64,000 bases of DNA, from positions 38,192,001-38,256,000 of the forward strand of contig NC_043006.1 of the NCBI RefSeq assembly GCF_006345805.1, read 5' to 3'. This DNA comes from Octopus sinensis (Eukaryota). Under the pieces are notes generated by a model that saw only the letters and a program-made list of their open reading frames with translations, was not told the origin of the DNA and searched no databases. Shown here in pieces: positions 53,383 through 64,000 of the stretch (the first letter of the stretch is position 1; every line of letters begins with the position of its first letter). A program made the translations under genes and the position numbers.

Positions 53383-53815
53383 TGATTTCAAATTTTGGCA
53401 CAAATCCAGCAGTATTAAAGGAAGGGAATAGTCGACTACATCGCTCCTGAAAGGATGAAAGGTAAAGAAGACCTCGGCGGAATTTGAACTAAGAACGTAA
53501 AGAGCCGGAAGAAATGTTGCCAAGCATTTAGTCCGATGTACTAACGATTCTTCCAGCTCGCCGCCTTAATAAATATGTAATATAATAAAAGAAGACGACG
53601 AGCTGGCAGAGCTGTAAGCACGCCGGGCGAAATGCTTAGCGGCATTTTGTCCGTCATTAGTTCTGAGTTCAAATTCCACCGAGGTCGACTTTGCCTTTCA
53701 TCCTTTTGGGGTCGATAAAATAAGCACCAGTTAAGCACTGTTGTTCGATTAAATCGACTGACCCCCTCCCCCCCCAATTTGCTGGTCTTGTGTCAAAATT
53801 TGAAACCAATATAAT
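53383..53815. mobile_element. Head-to-head pair of family B SINEs
   Basis: Minus copy ends CCAGCTCGCCGCCTT (53567); plus copy starts about 53593. Confidence 0.85.
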
Positions 53816-54145
53816 AAAAGGATTAATGGATTAGCATAACTAGTAGAGCATCGGACAAAATACTCTGAGGTATTGTTTATGACCCTTTACATTCTGAGTT
53901 CAAGTTCCGTCGATACCAATTTTGTTTTTCATCCTTCCGGGGTCGATAATGCGAGGTACCAGATAAGTACTTTAGTCGAGATTGTCGACTGATACCCTTC
54001 TGCATTAGTTTGACTTTTAATATTTAGTGCTTCTAATCACTGTGTTCTTCGAAAGACAGCTGAACTTGTGGGGGTGCTAGAAAAAACACGAAACAAGTCA
54101 GGCGAATTTCTTCTACATACACATCAAAAGTTTCGAAGTCTTCAA

Positions 54146-54406
54146 TAAATCTCCAACGACCGGATATTTAATTCTGGAATTACTTGTCTCACCAGGCTAT
54201 GAATAGACAAGCAAATCACTGCTGTAAATATCGAACGCAGAGTATAATTGGCAATATAATGAGCGATTTTGAAATTAAATTCTACTTTGGAATAACTTAG
54301 AAAGAGATGGGTTCCGCTGCAAGGTAGGCCTGCACCAGATACACTAAGTGACCGACTTCACAAATATAATGCAACAGAGCAACTATCAGATCTGGCTTGA
54401 AGCATA
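54146..54406. repeat. 261-bp segment duplicated in inverted orientation at 59841-60101
   Basis: Ungapped alignment with about 18 substitutions by manual count. Confidence 0.9.
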
Positions 54407-55227
54407 TCTATGTTTTCTAAATGAGGGATTAGCTTTTATTCTAAACGGTCTGGGATAATTCTGTTGTCTCTCAGAAAGGTCATTATGCCAACAATGAATA
54501 CACGTACTGTTTTTATTTCACTTCTTTATTATTTTATAAATAACCATTCAACCAGTTAACTAATCGATTGTTTGATTGATCACCCGATCAATCAATCAGT
54601 CAGCTAGGTTTGTTAAAGTCCTTTTGTTGCCATTCGTGGCCTCTTCAATGGCATGTTTTCTGCATTCCAGATCTGTTTCGGGTCTCTTTGTTTTCTAGTT
54701 TACAGATTTCTATATTTATATGGATGCGAGTGATAATATATGTTCGAGAGGGATTGAGAAACAGAGAATAAGAGAAGATGTGCGTGTGTGCACGCTGGTT
54801 TGTGTTTTCCAAAGTCTATGTTGACCACATTTTATAAAACCCATACATTCTTCGCTTGGGTGACATATTTTTGGATTATAGAATTAGCGATAGAATTGTT
54901 GTAAATTAAAGGATGGGAAACACAATTTAGCTGGGAGTGGGTTTTAAATTACTGCTCATTAAACTACATATTATCAGAATTCCTCTATGAGGTTCAGTTA
55001 TGAATATCGATTCTATAACTTGTATAATATAATCATCAAAAACGCGGGTGGCTAAGTAATACTATAATGAATTGCTAATTATCCTACATATTCGGCTAAT
55101 TAGTTTTATATGTTCAGCAAATTAAGAGAGTTTAGCAGTTTGTATTCTATCACTGACACTATTGTGTCTATAACATAAACTCTTAATTCTCAAGTGGCCA
55201 AGTCCAGCTTAGTAAATACGTAGATAA

Positions 55228-55668
55228 TATGGTTTTAAATTTTGGCATTAAACTAGTGGTGGGGGAATGGGGTAAGACGATCACATCGAACGTGGTACTT
55301 ATTTTATCGACCTTGAAAGGATGAAAAACAAAGTTGACTTCGACGGAATTTGAACTCCGAACCTAAAGTGCCGGAAGAAATACCAATAAGCATTTTGCTC
55401 AACGTGCCAACGATTCTGCCAACCCACCGCCTTTAGCCGTACATTCTTTCTTTTATTCGAACGCTGCGAACTAGCAGAAACGTTAGCACGCCGGGCGAAA
55501 TGGCTTAGCGGTATTTCGTCTGTCTTTACGTTCTGAGTTCAAATTCCACCGAGGTCGACTTTGCCTTTCATTCTTTCGGATTAAGTACCTGTTGCGTAGT
55601 GGGGTTGATCTAATCAATTGGCCCTCTCCCCAAAATTTCGGGATTTGTGCCTATAGTAGAAAAGATTT
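55228..55668. mobile_element. Head-to-head pair of family B SINEs
   Basis: Minus copy to 55434; plus copy from about 55462. Confidence 0.8.
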
Positions 55669-55749
55669 CTCTAATTTGTTTCAGTCATTTGACTGCGGAC
55701 ATGATGAAGCACCGCCTTTAGTAGAATAAATTGACGCCAGGACTTATTC

Positions 55750-56430
<681 letters not shown>

Positions 56431-57286
56431 GGTCTTTTTCAATTTCGTTTGCCCCCCCCCCCACTGCTTAACTGGTACTTATTTTATCAACCACGAAAGC
56501 ATATAAGGAAAAGTCGAAATTGGAACTTAGATTGTAAAGACATAGAAAAAATGCCGCTTTACATTTCGACCGACACGCCAACGATTTCATCTGCTCACAG
56601 CCGTCGAATTTCCCTATTAATGTTAGCAAGAAAAACTGTTTAGTCCTTCTCACGACATACTAACCTATGTCAATTTAAATTTTTTCTTTTATCCATTGTT
56701 TTCAATTGTAATATTTTTTTTTTGTTGTTCTTTAGGAAATATAATACCCAGGGGAAGGAGACGTTTTAGTCTACGGAATAATCCCACGTTTCATGCTGAG
56801 AACCATTTCGAGTCTGTTGAGTCATTTAAGTTTGATAAGTCTAACCTAGAAACCCAGTGGTACGTCCCCTAGAAATAATTTCAAGTTCGACTTTTATAGT
56901 TTGTACAACTGCTGCTGCGCCATATTTTTATGGAGGGCAACAACGAAAGCAGCCGGAAGCCAGTCCTTTATTAAAAACGAAATAAGTTTGTCTGAAAGTA
57001 GTTTTCCGTTAGTGTAAATCAAAAATATATAAATAAAATGATCCTTTTACCTTTTGCGTGTTTCAGCCATTAGACTGCGGCCATGCTGGGACACCACCTT
57101 GAAGGGTTTAGTCGAACAAATCGACTACAGTAATTTTTAAAGCTTGGTACTTATTATATCGGTACATTTTGCCGAAGTGCTAAGTTACGGGGATGCAAAC
57201 AAATACTGGTTGGCAAGCGGTGGTTGAGAACAAACAAAGAAAGCGCACGCACACACACACACACACGCCCACACACACGCTCTCCC

Positions 57287-57318
<32 letters not shown>

Positions 57319-58214
57319 CGACGGGCTTCTTTCAGTTGCCGTTTAGCAAATCCACTCTTTGATCGGCCAATGTCTATAGTAGAAGACATTTGCCCAAAGT
57401 GCCACGCGGTGGGACTGAACCTGGAACGATATGTTTGGGAACCGAACTTCTTACCATAAAGTAAAAAAAAAATTAAGTAAATAGATGAGAAGAGAAAACG
57501 AAAAGAAAGAAAGGAAAGGAAGAAGAAGAAAAGAAAAGAAAGAACTGTACATTTTATGTTTAGAAAATAATTTCATAGTTCAGGCCTGAAAGAGTATTCT
57601 ATAGCAACCTGGGGAAAAAGAATTGAAGAAAACTTTGGTAATATACTGGAATCGTGGTGGTGTGGAACGGAGTAAGATTTTGTAGTAGGCTAGGTAAACA
57701 TAATGTCTGGTTTATGGGTCAGTGAAACGCTTTGGTCTATGTAGGTATACAAATAACGTGGATGTGATAGATTAATAAAACATTCCAACTGTAACAACAC
57801 AAAATCTGCAACAAAAATAGCGAAAGCAACCGCGTGACTTGCAGACAACACCCGCAGTGGAAACAAACGCACCAGCGATCATAGCATCAACTACAATAAC
57901 AACAATAATAATGTAAGGAACCATCAAAATCTCAACAATTTCTTAATTATGCAGTGTTTACCCCTTTTTTTTTAGAACAATAGTAGGCGTTAAACAGCGA
58001 GTGATCGACCAACTAAAAATGGCGGCCAGATATACCTCAAATTACACCCTGCTATTATGAAGAAAAAAAAAAGGTGGGGCGAGAAGCACATTGGATACTA
58101 TAGTCCTAGTTATGCAATGTCTAATGGGTCTGCCTGAATTGATCTGCTAGAAATAGCAGCCAAAACTTCATCAAATCATTCTACCTTTTTAAAACAATCG
58201 AAGACAGATTATAG

Positions 58215-58404
58215 CAGTGGTTCTCAATCTTTCTAATATTGGGGCTAGATGCAAAACCTGGAAATTTGTAGGGGACCGCACAAAAAAAAAAAAAAATGAA
58301 AACATAAATCAATTAATGAAAAAATAATTATATTTCTAGAGGAGCTGCGGGAAAGAAGCTTGAGAGTTACATGTGTTGCTCGGTGCTGCGGTTTAGAACT
58401 GTTG
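58215..58404. mobile_element. Old hAT/Charlie-type MITE
   Basis: CAGTGGTTCTCAA start, degenerate TTTAGAACTGTTG end, flanks GATTATAG and GATTGTAG. Confidence 0.55.
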
Positions 58405-58641
58405 GATTGTAGGCTGTGGTCTTAGATATATTACATTTGAAAATAAGACGAGACGGTCACGTATGCAACGCCTTTGACCATGGGCCTGCTGCGTCAGTTG
58501 ATCTAGGGTTAAACGACAACTGCAACAAAAATTAGCAGTAATTTGTATAGGTACCTAATTACAATTAAGAAAACTGGGACGATGGAACGCTCTGGACCAT
58601 TGGCCTGCTGTGTCATAGTTGGCTTGGGGTTAAACAATATA

Positions 58642-58963
58642 AGATCCCCCCTTCGGTCATGACTGACCATGTGATTGCACCTAGAAAGTTACCCTCCCAG
58701 GCACAAGTCCGGGCAAGGTTGTTTTTATGGAAGACCAGCAGTCGCTGATGCATACCAGCCTCCCCTCTCCACGCCACTGATGTTATCCAAGGGAAAGACA
58801 AAGGCCGATACAGCTTGGCACCAGTGATGTCGCAACTCATTTCTACAGCAGAGTGAACTGGAGCAATGTGAAATAAAGTGTCGTGCTCAAAAACACAACA
58901 CGCAGCTCGGTCCAGGATTCGAACTCACAACCTCCCGATCGTAAGCTCGACACTCTAACCACT
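58642..58963 (-). mobile_element. SINE family D
   Basis: Reverse complement of 53050-53373. Confidence 0.85.
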
Positions 58964-59635
58964 GACAACAACAACAACAAGCAATTAACCGTAAGTCTTT
59001 GAGGTACCGTAAAGGCGCATGGTCCAGTGGTTAGACTGTTACATACAAGATCATGGTTTCGATTCTTAGACGAAGCGGTGGTCTGAGTTTTTTTTAGCAA
59101 AGCCCTTCATTTTACGTTACTTTACTCTACTTAGATATATAGGAGGAATCCTACAAAGAACGGGTGTATCGTTCAAGGGAAATGTAATCTTGGCTATGTA
59201 TATGAGTCCTAGGATTCGTGACTGCGCTTAATTTTTACGCCGAGGTATTCACAACTAAGTGAAGCGAACCATTGAGAATTGAATAATAAATAACTTCACC
59301 CCAAAACACACCGTATCGTCAGGGGTACAAAATATAAACCAATGAGCTTTTAGTGTAACAGCCGTCACAGGATCAACTCGTACTCTTTTACTTGTTTCAG
59401 TCATTTGACTGTAGCCATCATGGAGCGCCGCCTTTAGTCGAGCAAATCGACTACAGGACTTATTCTTTGTAAGCCTGGTACTTATTCTATCGTTCTCTTT
59501 TGCCAAACTGCTAAGTTACGCGGACTAAACACACCAGCATCGGTTGCAAAGCGATGTTGGGAGACATACATAGACACACACACGTACATATATATATATA
59601 TATATATATAAATAGATGCGTGTATTTTTCCTTTG

Positions 59636-59677
<42 letters not shown>

Positions 59678-59840
59678 TTAACAACTGGAAATCTTTAATT
59701 TCCAGTTGTTAATCTTCTTTATCCATTTTTCATTTCTGTTTCTTACAGCACTACACATGGGTCAGCTCCTAACAGTTCCTGTCCAACATTAGTGGCGGTT
59801 TTACCAAGGAAAGTTCCCTTTTTAAGAAAACACAATTAAT

Positions 59841-60101
59841 TATGCTTCAAGCCAGATCTTATAGTTGCTCTATTACATCATATTTGTGAAGTCGGTCACA
59901 TAGTGTATATAGTGCAGGCCGACCTGGCAGTGGAACGCAGCTCTTTCTAAGTTATTCCAAAGTAGAATTTAATTTCAAAATCGCTCATTATAATGCCAAT
60001 TATACTCTGCGTTCGATATTTACAGCAGTGATTTGCTTGTCTGTTCATAGCCTGGTGAGACAAGTAATTCCAGAGTTAAATGTCCAGTCATTGGAGATTT
60101 A
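59841..60101. repeat. Inverted copy of 54146-54406
   Basis: See the partner feature. Confidence 0.9.
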
Positions 60102-60286
60102 CCGAAAACTGGAAAGTCATCAGACAGTTCAATGATGGCTTAGCTGGTCGAAACTTCGAAGTCACTGTCAATATCCATTTTTGGCTATATATATATGAGG
60201 CGGTGCTCCAGCATGACCGGAGTCAGAAGACTGAAACATGTACAAGAATGCTGAATACATATATATCATATATATAATATATATAG

Positions 60287-60333
<47 letters not shown>

Positions 60334-60344
60334 AAAATAAATAA

Positions 60345-60397
<53 letters not shown>

Positions 60398-60727
60398 TAT
60401 ATCTATATATATATAAAAGCGCGTGCTTGATGGTTAACGTATTCGGCTCACGATCGTAAGATTGTGAGTTCAATTCTCGGCGTCGCATTGTGTCCTTGAG
60501 CAAGACATTTTATTTCACGTTGCTCGAGTCCACTTTGCTGCCAAAAATGGGTGGTGCCTCTATTGCAAAGGATCAGTCTTGTCACTTCCCGTGTCACGCT
60601 GAATCTCCCTGAGAACTACGTTGAGGGTACTCAGCCACTTGCCCATTAATTTAACGAGCAAGATATTCCGTTGACCGGAACACTCAATCGTAGGAGCTGA
60701 TAGAGTGCCAGTTTTTCCTTCATTGCA

Positions 60728-60759
<32 letters not shown>

Positions 60760-60760
<1 letters not shown>

Positions 60761-60956
60761 ACTAACAATATAGGATGAAGTCCCTTTCTCTACAGAAAAG
60801 GATTCCATCAAAAAGCGTGGCAGTATATTAAAAAAAACCTTTACGGTTGAAGTATAAACATCATAATTAAGGGCTAAAGAAGGTTATTCTAAAGCCAATA
60901 CACTGATTTAAATCAGTGTATTGGCTTTAGAATAACCTTCTTTAGCCCTTAATTAT
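60760..60956 (-). mobile_element. Penelope-like remnant: perfect 94-bp palindrome plus tail in (TA)n
   Basis: 60863-60956 is self-complementary about TTT|AAA at 60909/60910; a unique tail occupies 60760-60862; TA repeats flank both sides. Confidence 0.6.
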
Positions 60957-60960
60957 AAGA

Positions 60961-60996
<36 letters not shown>

Positions 60997-61414
60997 TACA
61001 TATATATATAATACATACACGCGACGGATTCCAAATATCTTCGGATTGAAAATTAGATTCTTTTACCAAATCTCCATTAGAATATGCGGACGGAAAATAC
61101 CCGATCGATTCGGTAGACTTCACGTTATGTGCGTCTTACATCTACGAAAGAAATCGATGTAAAATTGAATTTTAATTTGATGCGCTAAAATAATTGCGAA
61201 ATGCGTTTGGATAATTAGTTCTTCAGTCACATGTAGGATATCACAATCACGTGATAAGATCATTAATTCTTCAATTATTGTATCGAATATATGTGACTGC
61301 TTTAGTAATAAGTGGTGGAATTTTAGCAATTCTTGTTTTATATACATGTTATATAACGACCACCAGTTTAATGTAAGCATGAAATGTCTTTAAAGTATAA
61401 ACAGCGTTAAAGAC

Positions 61415-62790
61415 AGTGATCTGGCAGAAACGATAGCACGCCGAGCGAAATGCTCAGTGGTATTTCGAACTCAGAACGTAGCAGCAGACGAAATACCGCT
61501 GAGCATTTCGTCCGGCGTGCTAACAATTCTGCCAGCTCTCGCAGACGAAATACCTATTTCTTATTACCACAAGGGGCTAAACACAGAGGGGACAAACAAG
61601 AAGACATAGTATAAGTCGATTACATCGACCCCGAAAGGCTGAAAGGAAAAGTCGCCTCGGCGGAATTTGAACTCAGAACGTAGAGCAGACGAATACCTAG
61701 CTTTATAACACAAGGGGTCAGAGGAGACAAAACAAGGACGACATAGGTATTAAGTCGATTACATCGACCCATGCGTGTACTTAATTATCGTCCGAAAGGA
61801 TGAAAGGCAAAGTCGACCTCGGCGGAATTTGAACTCACAACGTAACCAGAGAAATACTGCTAGGAGAAATGTTAGCAGTATTTCGTCTGCGTTACGTTGT
61901 GAGTTCAAATTCCGCCGAGGTCGACTTTGCCTTTCATCCTTTCGGGGTCGATAAATTAAGTACCAGTTACGCACTGGGGTCGATGTAATCGACTTATACC
62001 TATGTCTGTCCTTGTTTGTCCCCTCTGTGTTTAGCCCCTTGTGGGTAATAAAGAAATAGGTATTTCGTCTGCTGCTACGTTCTGAGTTCAAATTCGCCGA
62101 GGTCGACTGTTCCTTTCATCCTTTCGGGGTCGAGTAATCGACTTATAACTATGTCTGTCTTTGTTTGTCCCCTCTGTGTTAGCCTTGTGGGTAATAAGAA
62201 TAGGTATTTCTGCCGGAGAGCTGGCAGAATTGTTAGCACGCCGGACGAAATTGCTCAGCGGTATTCGTCTGCTGCTACGTTTTGAGTTCAAATTCCGCGA
62301 GGTCGACTTTCCTTTCATCCTTTCGGGGTCGATAAATTAAGTACTAGTTACGCACTGGGGTCGATGTAATCGACTTAATACCTATGTCTGTCCTTGTTTG
62401 TCTCCTCTGTGTATAGCTCCTTGTGGGTAATAAAGAAATAGGTATTTCGTCTGCCGCTACGTTCTGAGTTCAAATTCCGCCAAGGTCGACTTTGCCTTTC
62501 ATCCTTACGGGGCCGATTAAATAAGTACCAGTTACGCACTGGGGTCGATAAAATCGACTTAATCCGTTTATCTGTACTTGTGTGTCCCCTCTGTGTTTGG
62601 CCCCTTGTGGGTAGTAAGGAAATAGGTATTTCGTTTACTGCTACGTTCTGAGTTCAAATTCCGCCGAGGTCGACTTCGCCTTTCATCCTTTCGGGGTCGA
62701 TAAATTAAGAACCAGTTGCGTACTGGGTCGATCTAATCGACTGGCCCCTACCACAAAATTTCGAGCCTTGTGCCTAGAATAGAAATGAAT
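61415..62790. mobile_element. Tandem and palindromic array of SINE family B monomers
   Basis: Plus-strand monomers restart at GTATTTCGT near 61878, 62060, 62261, 62442 and 62626; inverted monomers occupy 61465-61860. Confidence 0.85.
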
Positions 62791-63015
62791 ATATATCTTT
62801 AATATCTTTTTTTTAGCCATTCCATTGCATCTCGAAGAAATTTTTGTGTTGAAGAAATCGACCCCATTTCTTTTAAAGCCTGGTGCTTATTCTACTGGTT
62901 TCTTTTGTCGAACTGCTAAATTACAGATGCGTAAACACACCAACACCGATTGTCAAGCGGTGGCAGGGAACAATGACAGACACAAGGATACACACACACA
63001 GACACACAAATATAT

Positions 63016-63063
<48 letters not shown>

Positions 63064-64000
63064 AATATATATATATCATATATACATACAAGGGGTTCTT
63101 TCGGTTTCCGGCTACTAAATATATTCACAAGGCTTTGGTCGGCCTGGACCCGGACCCATGTGGTTGGGAAGCACGCTTCTTATCACAGTTATTTATTATT
63201 ATTTTAATCTCATACTTGTTACAACCATTAAACTGCGGCCATGCTGGGGCTCTGCATTGAAGGATTTTTCTTTTCGACGAACAAATCCACCCCAATACTT
63301 ATTTTTTGAAAAAAAAATCTGGTACTTTTTCTATTGATTTCTTTTGGTGACCCGCTAAGTTACAGGAACGGAAACAAACCGACACCGGTGGTCAAGCGGT
63401 GGAAACACACACACAAATACAAAGACGCAGACACACCTCGCACATAATCATATATATATAACGGGATTCCACACAGTTTCTGCCTACCAAATTCACTCAC
63501 ACGGCATTGACCGATCAGGAACTTATGGTAGGAAATACTTGCTCAAGGTGTAGCACAGCGGGAACGAACAAAATGGAAACCATCTGTTTGTAAAGCGAGC
63601 TTCATTATGTCACAGCCGTGCCATATATCTGTAACAAACGGTATTCAGTGTAGATATTTAATACTCTAACATTCTGAATCGTCGATTAAAGAGTGCTCGC
63701 TGAAGTAGACAGCAGATACACTGTAGGAACAGGTGTGGCCATGTGGTAAGAAGATTGCTTATGGGGTCTTCAGTATAGAATGCGCGCCGTTTTGAGTTCT
63801 TTCTCTCGGGAGCATCAGTGCACATCGGATCCCCTCACTGAGATGAGGCCCTGGTTGCTAGATCAACTGTGTATCTGTATATCATATCATGTGCATGTCT
63901 GCCTGTCTCTGTCTCTTTCTCAATCTCTCTATATATACATATACATACGTTACTTGATAGTCACAATAATTTAAAAGAATTGTTTTGAAACTATTAACTG

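Noticed and set aside
61870-62790. CRISPR-like repeat-spacer array
   Set aside because: The units are whole SINE monomers without unique spacers, in a eukaryotic context with no cas genes.

Overview
AT-rich, microsatellite-saturated animal genomic DNA. The SINE families and repeat style point to a coleoid cephalopod, probably Octopus (inference). Only one credible protein-coding sequence is present: a single-coding-exon, minus-strand LRR protein (14523-16136) with signal peptide, LRRNT, LRR array, LRRCT and a probable GPI-anchor tail. Nearly all other ORFs in the track are microsatellite or SINE artefacts. The rest of the window is mobile DNA: at least four tRNA-derived SINE families, R4/Dong-like, Tx1/L1-like and RTE LINE fragments, and hAT and mariner MITEs. 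It also holds a foldback element built around a TTAGGG array and many Penelope-like remnants (inverted repeat plus tail) with minimal hammerhead ribozyme motifs. The most notable item is a TSD-flanked element at 24808-25418. It fuses a tRNA-like Pol III head to a Penelope-type hammerhead 3' end in two inverted copies, making it a candidate Penelope-mobilised SINE or retrozyme. Several LINE and PLE remnants also appear to sit in particular microsatellite classes: (TATC)n, (CATA)n, (TAA)n and (TA)n.
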